64,000 nt of DNA, from NCBI GenBank assembly GCA_963753065.1, contig CAVWAQ010000002.1:145863-209862 (forward strand), in the 5' to 3' direction. Origin of the DNA: Candidatus Bathyarchaeota archaeon. Its GTDB lineage: Archaea > Thermoproteota > Bathyarchaeia > 40CM-2-53-6. Of this stretch, positions 36,293 to 46,356 are shown piece after piece (within the stretch, counting starts at the first letter, position 1; the number at the start of each line of letters is the position of its first letter). The notes below the pieces were generated by a model that saw only the letters and a list, made by a program, of their open reading frames with translations, did not search any database and was not told where the DNA came from. The translations under genes and the position numbers were made by a program.

Positions 36293-37879
36293 ATGGCCTC
36301 ATCAAAAGAGACTCGGACAGACTCCGGAATTCCAGTAGACCCTTGTTACTCAGGATCGCCGGCTGCCTCCGAAAGCACTGCTGGTTCCAAACCAGGAGCG
36401 TATCCATTCACTCGCGGGATCTACCAGACCATGTACAGAGAGAGAGTCTGGACGATGAGACAGTACAGCGGTTTCGGCAGCGCTGAGGAGACCAATGAAC
36501 GATTCAGATACCTCCTGCAGCAGGGACAGACAGGACTAAGCGTCGCGTTCGATCTTCCCACTCAACTTGGGCTTGATGCAGACAGCCCGCGTGCGCGCGG
36601 CGAAGTCGGCAAGGTCGGAGTTCCCATCAACACGATCGAAGACATGCGTACTTTGCTGAACGATATTCCTCTTGACAAGGTGAGTACTTCAATGACGATC
36701 AATTCGACGGCCCCGACACTCTTGGCGATGTATGTGGCTGTGGCTGAAGAGAGGGGCGTTTCACCCGAGGCTCTGAGAGGAACAACTCAGAACGACATTC
36801 TGAAGGAATATGTTGCCAGGAACACGTACATCTACCCTCCGCGCGCCTCTCTGAGACTCAGCGCAGATCTGATTGACTACTGTGCAAAGCAAGTTCCGAA
36901 ATGGTACCCTATTAGCATTAGTGGGTACCACATTAGAGAGGCCGGAGCAAACGCTATCCAAGAACTCGCGTTCACATTCGCGAATGCAACTGAGTACGTC
37001 AAGACGTGCTTGGCTAGAGGCATGGCCGTGGATTCCTTTGCACCTCGGCTATCTTTCTTTTTTGCCTGCCAGAACGATTTCTTTGAGGAGGTCGCGAAGT
37101 TTCGAGCCGCCCGCCGCATCTGGGCCAAGATCATGAAAGCCACGTTCAACGCTCAGACAAAGGAATCGTGGATGCTGAGGTTCCACACGCAGACGAGCGG
37201 GGAAAGCCTCACCGCGAAGCAACCGCAGAACAACATCGTGCGAGTCACGCTCCAAGCTCTTGCGGCGGTTCTCGGAGGCACACAATCACTCCACACAAAC
37301 TCCTTTGACGAAGCCCTATGCCTGCCCACGGAAGATGCAGTGAAAATTGCCCTACGGACTCAGCAGATCTTGGCGCACGAGTCGGGAGTAGTGAGGGCTG
37401 TTGATCCACTTGGAGGGTCATACTATGTTGAGTATCTGACCGATGAAATCGAGAAGAGGGTGAATCAGGAGATCGCGAAGGTAGACGCAATGGGAGGTGC
37501 TCTTGCAGCGATCGAATCAGGATACATGCAAGATGAGATCCGACGAAGTGCGTACGACGCAAAACTGCGTCAGGACAGTGGCGATAGGACGGTTGTGGGG
37601 ATAAACAAGTTCACCGACAAGGGGACGATGGATTTCGCCATTCATCGAGTTGACCCAAAGGCGGAAGCGAGGCAGCTTGAGAAGCTTCAGAGATTCAAGA
37701 CCTCGAGAGGTGTGCAGGGTGTCGACCGTGCCCTGCAGAACCTAAGGTCTGCCGCGAGTACCTCTGAGAATCTGATGCCTAGCATACTGAGCGCGGTGAA
37801 GGCGGGTGCAACGAATGGGGAAATCAGTAACGTTCTCAGGGAAGTCTACGGTGAATACAAACCGAAGTTGTCGTTCTAG
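36293..37879 (+). CDS. Methylmalonyl-CoA mutase-family large subunit, paralog 2 (possibly an acyl-CoA mutase of different specificity)
   Basis: FTRGIYQTMYRERVWTMRQYSGFGSAEETNERFRYLLQQGQTGLSVAFDLPT; 528 aa, transcribed divergently from paralog 1. Confidence 0.85.
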   Translation: MASSKETRTDSGIPVDPCYSGSPAASESTAGSKPGAYPFTRGIYQTMYRERVWTMRQYSGFGSAEETNERFRYLLQQGQTGLSVAFDLPTQLGLDADSPRARGEVGKVGVPINTIEDMRTLLNDIPLDKVSTSMTINSTAPTLLAMYVAVAEERGVSPEALRGTTQNDILKEYVARNTYIYPPRASLRLSADLIDYCAKQVPKWYPISISGYHIREAGANAIQELAFTFANATEYVKTCLARGMAVDSFAPRLSFFFACQNDFFEEVAKFRAARRIWAKIMKATFNAQTKESWMLRFHTQTSGESLTAKQPQNNIVRVTLQALAAVLGGTQSLHTNSFDEALCLPTEDAVKIALRTQQILAHESGVVRAVDPLGGSYYVEYLTDEIEKRVNQEIAKVDAMGGALAAIESGYMQDEIRRSAYDAKLRQDSGDRTVVGINKFTDKGTMDFAIHRVDPKAEARQLEKLQRFKTSRGVQGVDRALQNLRSAASTSENLMPSILSAVKAGATNGEISNVLREVYGEYKPKLSF

Positions 37880-37933
37880 GAGCTGCGTTTGTTCTGCCCC
37901 CAAAGCTGGACATCTAAGGTATCGTGACGCCAA

Positions 37934-38899
37934 GTGGATCCAAGTAGAGAAGAAGATCTCAATCAACTCATAGCAGACGCCTTGCATGGTGATCGAAGAT
38001 CACTTTCTCGTTTGATCTCAAAGGTCGAGAACGATCGAGATGCAGCTAAGCAAGTAATCAGAACATTGTTTCCGCAGACTGGACGTGCCCGTGTCGTCGG
38101 GGTTACCGGGCCGCCAGGTTCCGGGAAGAGCACTCTAATCGCAGCTCTGGCCAGAGAACTAAGTAGGACACAACAAAAGATCGCCGTTGTCGCCATCGAC
38201 CCCAGCAGCACATTCTCAGGCGGCGCGCTTCTGGGCGACAGGATAAGGATGAAAGATCTGACAGAAGATCCAAACGTCTTCATCAGGAGCATGGCAACTC
38301 GCGGAGCTGTAGGAGGACTCTGTCGCGCAGCTATGGATGCCGTGAGGATACTGGACGCTGCGTCTTGGAACTACGTCATTGTGGAGACGGCTGGTGCAGG
38401 CCAGACCGATCTAGACATAGTTGAGCTGGCCCAGACTGTGGTGGTCGTTCTATCTCCCGGAGCGGGAGACGAGATACAGGCGTTCAAGGCTGGTCTTATG
38501 GAGATAGGCGATGTCTTTGTCGTGAACAAGTCGGATTTGCCGGGTGCGAACAGGACTCTACTCGATATCAGGAGCATGCTTCAAACCTACGGCTCCGAAC
38601 GCCCTTGGCATCCTCAAGTGCTTCTTGCAGATTCTCTCAAACCTAACGGAATGCATGAGCTGATAACTGCTATCACAGAACATCAAGCATATGTTGCGAA
38701 CTTTCATATCGCTAAGCGCGGACTTGCAGACGGTGAGGCTCAACTTCTGGCTGCTGTCAAGCAGGAGCTGGAGTTCGAATTCTTACCCGATCTGCAGACA
38801 ACACAAGCTTTCATAGAGTACGGGAAGAAGGTAGCGAATCGTACGATTGATCCCTACACGGCTGCCTCAAGCCTTATCCACTCCCTGAAACGCGAGTAG
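37934..38899 (+). CDS. meaB: MeaB/ArgK-like mutase-associated GTPase (G-protein chaperone)
   Basis: P-loop GVTGPPGSGKST, D...GxGQ and NKSD motifs; 321 aa. Confidence 0.85.
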   Translation: MDPSREEDLNQLIADALHGDRRSLSRLISKVENDRDAAKQVIRTLFPQTGRARVVGVTGPPGSGKSTLIAALARELSRTQQKIAVVAIDPSSTFSGGALLGDRIRMKDLTEDPNVFIRSMATRGAVGGLCRAAMDAVRILDAASWNYVIVETAGAGQTDLDIVELAQTVVVVLSPGAGDEIQAFKAGLMEIGDVFVVNKSDLPGANRTLLDIRSMLQTYGSERPWHPQVLLADSLKPNGMHELITAITEHQAYVANFHIAKRGLADGEAQLLAAVKQELEFEFLPDLQTTQAFIEYGKKVANRTIDPYTAASSLIHSLKRE

Positions 38900-38941
38900 G
38901 TGTCAGACCGCACAGGATCAGTTTCCCGGCAACGTGATTCG

Positions 38942-39514
38942 TCAACTTCCGATCTGAGCGAGAATCGCTTTGTGTTGATCGTCCTCGATCACTCCTGACT
39001 CATGTAGACGGCGAGCGATTCTTGTCACTGTCGTGAACGCGCATAGTTTTAGTTGCGCTTGCGCGAGCGCGGCTGCGCCTCCTTCCTGTCTATCTATCAG
39101 CACAATGACGTCTTCCACTTTTCCGCCCTCTGCTCGGATGGCTTCTGCTGCCTGCAGCGTGTTCTTCCCTGTCGTTATGAGATCGTCAACCAGCACCACA
39201 CGCTCTCCGGGGAACAGTTGTCCCTCGACTCTTCTTTCTCCTCCGTGCGTTTTCGTCTCTCTTCTCACGTACAGGAAAGGTTTCGAGAGTGTGTAGGCAA
39301 GGATCGAGGCGTACGGAACTCCTGCTGTGGGCACGCCCGCGATTCTATCAAAGGATGTGACGCCTATCTTTGACCTCGCCATCGTCTCGTAGATCTCGAT
39401 CACTGTCTGGAGTGCCTTGGGGTCTCCAGGAATCATTCGGAGATCGATGTAGTATGGGCTCAGCTTTCCGCTAGAGAGCTTGAACAGACCGAACTTTGTC
39501 GCGCCAGTCTTCAC
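38942..39514 (-). CDS. pyrE: Orotate phosphoribosyltransferase-like (type I PRTase)
   Basis: FGLFKLSSGKLSPYYIDLR and the PRPP-binding motif VVLVDDLITTGKN. Confidence 0.7.
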   Translation of the reverse strand: MKTGATKFGLFKLSSGKLSPYYIDLRMIPGDPKALQTVIEIYETMARSKIGVTSFDRIAGVPTAGVPYASILAYTLSKPFLYVRRETKTHGGERRVEGQLFPGERVVLVDDLITTGKNTLQAAEAIRAEGGKVEDVIVLIDRQEGGAAALAQAQLKLCAFTTVTRIARRLHESGVIEDDQHKAILAQIGS

Positions 39515-39701
39515 AAGGATCTTGGAAAGCTCAGCCTCAAAGTCCCGTGCAGTCGTGGCTCGAGTCTTCCTTCTTCCGCAAGCGGGTCACCGCGCTTATA
39601 CACCTGAACCGGTATTGTCGCGGTGCTTTAATTAGTTCTGTCGTCTCTCAATGGAGGCGCCTCCAGGATACGTGCCTAGTGTTTGACCGGTTGATGCAGA
39701 A

Positions 39702-40932
39702 TTGGAGTTCTGGCTGCCATATGGAGCAACGGATGTCGCGGTTGCTGTTCCGGACGAGAATCTGCTTGGTTACCTGTCGCCTCTTGAGGATTCGACGAGT
39801 CAGAACATCGATGAGATAGTCTCCGCTGGTTTGCAGCACCAGATGGGCGAGAAAACCCTCCTCGAGGCTGCTAGCCACGCCGAGAAGACAGTAGTGGCAT
39901 TCAATGGAAAATCGATGGCATGTACCTCGATTGCGAATCGGCTCGTGGAGGAACTCCTGAAGCGCGGCGTTCACAGTGTTGAGCTGCTTGAGGGCGCCCC
40001 TGATGCGACAGCTGCCAAGATCAGGCGGAACATCTGCTGACAGCAACTCACTGCCCCTCGGTACGACGATTAGACATGACACCAGGACCTCCCCGGTTGC
40101 CAAAGTGGGGCAACTAGAGGATGGAACCGAGATACTGCTGAACGAGACATTTGCGAGTGCTGACCTGAGATGCGTAGTAGCGGATGTTACCATCAATCCG
40201 TTCTGGGGATACAGTGGGGGACCGAACTTTGTGATCCCTGGGCTGGCATCAGAAAAGACAATCAAAGCCTGTCTCGCTCCCAGCCTAAGGACCGAAAGGC
40301 TGCCGGGAATCCTGTCGGGTAATCCCACATATGAAACGCTTCTTCGTGCGTCGCAGACAACGCGGATTGATTCTGCGATTCACCTCTTGGAGCGTCCAGA
40401 TGGAAAAATTGCAGGTGCCTTCACAGGCGACTTCACGGGAACATTCGAACAGGCTTGTGCTCTGGCAGCAAAGATATTCAGGCCATCCTTGCGGCGAAAG
40501 GTTGACATCGTGATTTCGAGCGCTGGCGGCGCTCCGTGGGATCGCTCCCTTTTTGAAGCATCTTCAAGCACCGTCATGGCAGCGAGTATCTGCAAAGACC
40601 AAGGAATAGTCATTCTAGTGGCGGAATGCTCGGGTGGGCTCGGCGGGTTCCCATCAGGCGGACTGACAGGCTCCGAGTTGAAAGCTCGACTTGCGCATGC
40701 GCGGAAGTTCTTCTCCGTTGACATGTTGCTTGAGCATTCATTCCGGAAGGTCTCTGGCGAACGCCGTACGTATCTAGTGTCCACGCTGCCTGAGCACCAA
40801 GCTTCGTCGTGTGGGCTCCTAGGGGCGAAGAGTGTAAGAAGTGCCCTGGAGCGAGCGATCCGACACGCCGGGAAAGATGCCACAATTGCACTAGTGCCAT
40901 ACGGTTCGCACACCGCTCCAATGCTCGAATAG
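39702..40932 (+). pseudogene. LarA (nickel-dependent lactate racemase, DUF2088)-like protein with an apparent frameshift near 40030-40045
   Basis: N-terminus LPYGATDVAVAVPDENLLG...KTVVAFNGKSMACTSIA in frame 0 (stop at 40040). The continuation ...LPLGTTIRHDTRTSPV...INPFWGYSGGPNFVIPGLASEKTI is in the +1 frame (ORF 39976..40932). Confidence 0.5.
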
Positions 40933-40998
40933 GAATACTGCGATCGCTCTAGGCGCGATTTATTAGCCCGAACTTCGTCTTGCCTAGGCGATCCGCTC

Positions 40999-43006
40999 TT
41001 GAGAGTCAGTAGCTTATTCTTGGTTCTCGTTCTGATTTTGGTGGTCTCTTCTCCGTTCCCTAGTGCCCTGGCTGACCAGCAGACTGTTCCCAGCACTGTG
41101 GCAACACGGACTGCTTCGCTCGACATCAAGGTGGTGCTGGTCGGATTCGATGAAAAACTGATAGACAAAGACTATCTGAAGTGGAATTCTCCCACGATGC
41201 GATACCAGCTGTTTCAGAATCCTGGCATAAGCACGAACACGGAGTACTCTCTAACATACGATTACGTCTTTCCCGGCAAAGCTTTCACAGATGAATTTGT
41301 TCAATTTCTCCAGTCCGTCGGGAAGGAGGAGCCTCGCCAAAACGTCATCTGGAACATTTCATATTCGAAAATCAGGACTGCCTACTTACTGGAACTACAC
41401 CCACTTCGCCGCACAGAGCACAAATACCTACTACCCGGCTGATGATGCAGAAGCATGGCTGATTCAGCATGACTCCGATTACGGAGGATTTCCCAAGAAT
41501 GGATACGTCCTCGTACTGGCTGATCTGTCGACCCGGCTTCCTTCAGCGACACCTGCTCAGTTTGAGCTCGCGCTGCAACGCAAGGAAGCTGTGCTAACAC
41601 CACACTTCTACAACAAGACATACGTGGATAGCGACCTCGGAATCGTCCTGAACCGGCGGTATATGACCGCTTGGGGTGGCCATTCCAGGCTCTTCTTTGC
41701 CGACCTGTCAGCAGGGCCTGAGCAAACGGCTGAGCAATTGCCAATACAGCTCGCATATGCCGCTAATTCCGTCGACATCTCGACGACGTATGGGAAAACG
41801 TGGGTCAACCAGTTCCTCTCGGACTACATCAGCGGAGCCGTCTACAATCTGTTCACCCCAGACTTCGTTTACCCGATCAACTTTTCATACTCATACAAGA
41901 TGAAAGTCGTTGTCATCGACAACCGAACCGACGGGCAGGATCCCCCCATCGCGAACACATTCGATCAGCATATTGCGGTCAGAGAGTGGCAGGCTCTGGT
42001 TCCATGGGCCAATGTCACTGCCGAAACACGATATGTGAGCATCAGCGACTACCCAGACCTCCAAAAGATTGTTGTAGATGCAAGAAGTTCTGCCAAGTAC
42101 GGATCTGAACCAGGTGTAGCGGCCGTAGACGCGCGTCCTGTCTGGTACTGGCTTAGCGAACAAGGTCAGGGACACATCAAAGATTTCATGAATGTCACAC
42201 GAGACTTGAACGAGTTTGACATCCCAGTCTTTGTATTTGCGTTCACAGGCGACTATGAATTCGGTTTCACGTTCAAGGAGTCAGTTTCAGAAGACTTCGA
42301 CAGAACGATCTGGGGAGTAGCGCTGTACGATCTTGTCCTGATCAGTCACTCCACAGACGACTTCAGAAGAGGAGACACTTGGATGTCGGATCCACGTCAA
42401 CCTGGAAAAGGCTTCGGCTTCACCAACACAGTCATCCACGAAGTTGGTCACATGCTGGGCCTGATGCACCCGTTCGCGACACTATCCGACCCAACCGAGA
42501 ACTTCGTAGCGTCAGTGATGGCGTACTATCCATATGATAACAGTTTTAGCGTATTCGATCGGGATGCGCTTGGTCGCGGCCAGGCTGATCAACTGTTGCG
42601 TGTGACCGCACAGCTACTTGGCGACACCCCATCCATTCTTGTCAACCAGGGAGACATCTCATCCGCCAAGGCCAGCGTGGCGCGTGCAGAGGAGGCTTAC
42701 TCTTCTATGAATTACACGGACGCGATCAAGAACAGTCTAGATGCTTTGCTCTCGGCGGCTAGGGCTAACTCGATTGGGGGCGGATTCATTCCCGCGTCAG
42801 CTTTCGGAGCGATCCAACTGATCGGCAGTTTCATCTTGGGCGTACTAGTCACTTACCTCGTACTTCGAAGAAAAGGAAGAACTAGAACCCCAGCCATGCA
42901 GACTCAGACTGCACATGTGAGCTATTGTGCAACATGTGGAAAGCCACTCACCTGGATCAACGAGTACAGCCGATGGTACTGTTACAACTGCCGGAAGTAT
43001 CAGTAG
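40999..43006 (+). pseudogene. Secreted metzincin-like zinc metalloprotease with a C-terminal transmembrane helix and cytoplasmic zinc ribbon; apparent frameshift near 41365-41375
   Basis: Signal peptide MRVSSLFLVLVLILVVSSPFPSALA in frame 1 (ORF 40999..41442). The body is in frame 2 (41291..43006), with HEVGHMLGLMHPF (HExxHxxGxxH) and a downstream Met (SVMAYYP). The C-terminus has a TM helix and CATCG...CYNC. The frame switch falls at the run ttcgaaaatc. Confidence 0.55.
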
Positions 43007-43055
43007 TCCTGCCGCGAGAAAACGCCATATATGATGCACATCAATAGTTCAGGCT

Positions 43056-43619
43056 GTGATAGTTTTGCCGCGAATGGTCAAGGCATTCGAATTGATTCGG
43101 GCGCGAACAGGCAGCGAAGATGCACTTATGCAACGCCTGATGAAGTTGCCCCAAGTGAAGGAAACTCACCTTCTTGCCGGCACTTGGGATGTCATGGCAA
43201 CGCTGGCTTTCGAAGAAGAACCAGTTGACCCGAGGGAACGAATGCTTCACGTTGTGACAGACAAGATACGAAAGATGCCTCTCGTCAGGGACACAAACAC
43301 GATTGTGCCGGCAATGTCCAAGATGCGAGAGATGCACTTGGTTCATCCAGAGCGACGAGCATACGCATTCGTCTTCATAAGTGCCAAGCTAGGCAAGAGC
43401 CAAGGCGTAATGAATCAGGTCATGAGGTACAGCGCAGTCATGGAATCGCACCTTCTGCTTGGAAAATCTGATGTCCTTGCAGTGCTGGAGTTCGAGAAGG
43501 GGATTGTCCCGTCGGTGCCTGAGAGAGTTGCTCGTATAGTGACGGAAGAGATTGCCAACATTAAGGACATCACTGGCACAGAAACGTTCTGCCCAATAAG
43601 ATCCTTGGTAAAGGACTAG
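43056..43619 (+). CDS. Tandem RAM/ACT-like (AsnC ligand-binding type) domain protein with no HTH
   Basis: Two repeats of the RAM pattern (MVKAFELIRARTGSEDALMQRLMKLPQVKETHLLAGTWDVMATLAFEE and YAFVFISAKLGKSQGVMNQVMRYSAVMESHLLLGKSDVLAVLEFE). Confidence 0.55.
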   Translation: MIVLPRMVKAFELIRARTGSEDALMQRLMKLPQVKETHLLAGTWDVMATLAFEEEPVDPRERMLHVVTDKIRKMPLVRDTNTIVPAMSKMREMHLVHPERRAYAFVFISAKLGKSQGVMNQVMRYSAVMESHLLLGKSDVLAVLEFEKGIVPSVPERVARIVTEEIANIKDITGTETFCPIRSLVKD

Positions 43620-43650
43620 CCAATTCTCGCCGAACTGTTTCCGCGAACGA

Positions 43651-44277
43651 TCAGCGCATTTTCTTTAGAAGACCGTGCAAACCTTCTTTTCGAAAGCCAA
43701 GTTCGCCGCTGTCGGTGAACGGTCGTTTTGAACTATTTGGGAAGCCGCCTCTAGGCGGATGGAGCCGGAAGCATGGCTCGATGCCCATTTCCCGCAATTT
43801 GGCAAATGGAACTTTGCCCGAGTAGAGCCCTGAGACAAGTTCACTCATCCCTGAAAGGTCCGATTTCTCCTTCACGAGCTTCGAAGTCAACCCCAGACCA
43901 CTAGGCGTTCTTGCTCTGTTTGATAGCAGTAGCTCGATGTCTTCTTTCCTAGCTTCAGCCCAAGTGACGTGATCTTTGATACGTTGGAGCATCCCTCTCA
44001 CAGACGGGTCATCTCGAAGCAGGACCGTACTGAATCGGCTCTTCATCCTCAGTGAGTTGAGCGTCAGCTCTTCAGGATGCTTGACGTTTGGTGTACCGTC
44101 GAGACGGATCGCAACAAGGTAGCGTTCAGCAGGCTCTTGTTCCCTTTCAACTGGTTTCTCGGCTGGTTTGGATGGAGGAACCTTCGGGGGTGCACGTCGT
44201 GGCCTTGCAGTCTTCCTTGCGGGTTTCTCGGCCTTCTTCTCTCGACGGGGATGTGCCGTCTTCGTTTTCTTGCTCAA
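43651..44277 (-). CDS. rpl30: Ribosomal protein uL30 with a Lys/Pro/Ala-rich N-terminal extension of about 50 aa
   Basis: Core ERYLVAIRLDGTPNVKHPEELTLNSLRMKSRFSTVLLRDDPSVRGMLQRIKDHVTWAE...FRLHPPRGGF. The N-terminus reads MSKKTKTAHPRREKKAEKPARKTARPRRAPPKVPPSKPAEKP. Confidence 0.8.
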   Translation of the reverse strand: MSKKTKTAHPRREKKAEKPARKTARPRRAPPKVPPSKPAEKPVEREQEPAERYLVAIRLDGTPNVKHPEELTLNSLRMKSRFSTVLLRDDPSVRGMLQRIKDHVTWAEARKEDIELLLSNRARTPSGLGLTSKLVKEKSDLSGMSELVSGLYSGKVPFAKLREMGIEPCFRLHPPRGGFPNSSKRPFTDSGELGFRKEGLHGLLKKMR

Positions 44278-44283
44278 TTATCT

Positions 44284-44880
44284 TCAGGCCTTCTTCTCAA
44301 AGGAGTGTGCAATCTTCTCGGTCACTTCGTCAAAATGCAGCGGGATCTCTTCGGGTTTGAGTTTGTTCTTCAAGTAAGTAGCGAAGCGTTTTTGATACAA
44401 GTCGGGTTTCTCAGAGAGCAGTTTGCCGTAGGCTGCTATGTGTTCTCCTCGTAGCCGTTCTTTGGCTGGAATCGTATCGTCGCCGTGGGGTATCTCCATT
44501 CCGGAGTCCACGGCTCCGCTCATTGCCGCATACAATCGTGATCCTGTGCTGACTGGTCTTGTCCCCACATCTAGTACTGCCTTCGCGATTCCCTTGCTCT
44601 TGGCTCTGTACCCGGCCAAGCGTCCTGTGAGATATGCGGCAGGAACGTTCCCTCCCGCTCCCTTCCAAGCGTATTTCTTCAACTCAGATGAGTGCGCAGA
44701 TGCGAGGACCAAGTCTCCAGTGGCTTTCGCCTCGACCACCTGTACTGTAACGTGCTTGTTAGCAGGCCGCACAACTAGTCTAGGTAGGCCGGATAAGACT
44801 AGGCGTTTTCTCTTACCGTAGTCGGTTCTTGCGTCTCTTCTTCTTCGGTACGACAGGTTGTATTGCGAGCCTTTGACCAT
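44284..44880 (-). CDS. rpl18: Ribosomal protein uL18 (L5e)
   Basis: YRRRRDARTDYGKRKRLVLSGLPRLVVRPANKHVTVQVV is the archaeal uL18 N-terminal signature. Confidence 0.85.
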   Translation of the reverse strand: MVKGSQYNLSYRRRRDARTDYGKRKRLVLSGLPRLVVRPANKHVTVQVVEAKATGDLVLASAHSSELKKYAWKGAGGNVPAAYLTGRLAGYRAKSKGIAKAVLDVGTRPVSTGSRLYAAMSGAVDSGMEIPHGDDTIPAKERLRGEHIAAYGKLLSEKPDLYQKRFATYLKNKLKPEEIPLHFDEVTEKIAHSFEKKA

Positions 44881-44904
44881 CTTCAGTCTACTTCCGTCAA
44901 TCTT

Positions 44905-45339
44905 CTAGTATACATATGCTAGTAGTCTGCCGCCGACCTTGCGTTCCTTTGCGTCCTTTTGTGAGATAACCTCGCCTGGGCTACTTACAATTAGCAGCCC
45001 TACTTCCTTTGAGGGCAGAAATCGTTTCTCCCAATCCTCGATGGCGGCGGACTTGACGGAATACCGAGGTTTCACGACAGCACAGCTGTTGATGCGGCCG
45101 AGGAGCTGGATTCTGAACTTGCCCGAGCGTCCATCATCGATGTATTCGAACTCTCCGATGTAACCGTTCTTCTGCATCACGCGCAGGACTTGACCCATCA
45201 GCTTGGACGCCGGCCACACAAGACATTCGCGCTTGTGTCTGCGTTCATTATTACTGATTGTGGAAAGTGCATTAGCCAGAGGATCTAACAGCGTCAATTC
45301 AAGTCTACTCCGTGCGGATTCTCCTCTTCGACCGGCCAC
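44905..45339 (-). CDS. rps8: Ribosomal protein uS8
   Basis: [16 protein letters not shown]...PASKL...[27 protein letters not shown]...GGRLLAYVY. Confidence 0.85.
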   Translation of the reverse strand: MAGRRGESARSRLELTLLDPLANALSTISNNERRHKRECLVWPASKLMGQVLRVMQKNGYIGEFEYIDDGRSGKFRIQLLGRINSCAVVKPRYSVKSAAIEDWEKRFLPSKEVGLLIVSSPGEVISQKDAKERKVGGRLLAYVY

Positions 45340-46048
45340 TCTGTCTGGCTGCTATTAGTCCTACCTTACGTCCCGGAGGCGTGTTCCTACCGACAGTCGT
45401 CGGCTTGCCAGCGTGCTTGTGACGCCCACCACCGTGCGGGTGTGAAGCTGCGACCATGGCTTGTCCCTTCGTAATGGGCCACAGTCGCCCTTTCGGCAAT
45501 AGCCAAGCCCTTCTTGTTCCAGCTTTCATGAACGGCTTCTCAGTGCGGCCTGCACCGCTCACGACACCGATCGTGGCTCTGCAGTTGTCCGGCACAGAAA
45601 CCGAGGTTCCTGAAGGCAACCGTAGTTCCGTTTTGCCTTGTCTGTGTGCGACGACCATCGCGTAGCTGCCTGAGGCTTTTGCCATCTTGCCGCCGTCCCC
45701 CGGTTCTCTCTCAATACTGGAGATCATTGTTCCTTCGGGTATCTTGCCTACTGGGAGTATGTTGCCGATTTCGGGTGGTGATTCGGTGCCCCGGGAAACT
45801 GTCTGGCTGACTAAGATCCCTTCTGGAGCGTTGAGGCAACACGACTTTCCGTCGGAGAACTGCACAAAGGCTAATGGTGACCCCCGGCCTGGGTCGTGAA
45901 TGATGTCGACAATTGTACCATCCACTCGTCCGGCACTGTCTGTGGGTGTCAATGGGGGATACGAGGCAGGAGCGATTCTCCGATAGATGTGGGCCCTGAA
46001 TACAGTGCCCCCTCGCCCTCTTCTCTGAACACGTATTCGTTTACCCAT
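45305..46048 (-). CDS. rpl2: Ribosomal protein uL2
   Basis: [14 protein letters not shown]... and the C-terminal ASHPHGGG motif. The ORF opens at 46135, but the likely start is MGKRIRV at 46048. Confidence 0.9.
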   Translation of the reverse strand: MGKRIRVQRRGRGGTVFRAHIYRRIAPASYPPLTPTDSAGRVDGTIVDIIHDPGRGSPLAFVQFSDGKSCCLNAPEGILVSQTVSRGTESPPEIGNILPVGKIPEGTMISSIEREPGDGGKMAKASGSYAMVVAHRQGKTELRLPSGTSVSVPDNCRATIGVVSGAGRTEKPFMKAGTRRAWLLPKGRLWPITKGQAMVAASHPHGGGRHKHAGKPTTVGRNTPPGRKVGLIAARQSGRSKRRIRTE

Positions 46049-46356
46049 CCGTTTTTCCTCAAGACGACCTGTACCTTCTTGGCTGCGAGCCGTGGCTTGC
46101 TCCAGAGGAGCGGTAGCAGAGTCTTTCGATGTCACCCTTCGGACTCAAAATAAACGTTGCGGTCGATGGTTCTGTTGCATCTATGGGACACATCCTTTCC
46201 TGTTCTCGGTGTTGCGTGTCGGGACATGACCGTTCTTCTTACTGGCGTTTTGGATTAGGGTTAGCCACTTGTTTTCTCGGTTCTGTCAAGTCTGCGTCGG
46301 ATCAAGCAAACCTCAAGAAGTGTCAAAAAGCGTCGGTTTTGGTGGGTCTGTTAACT

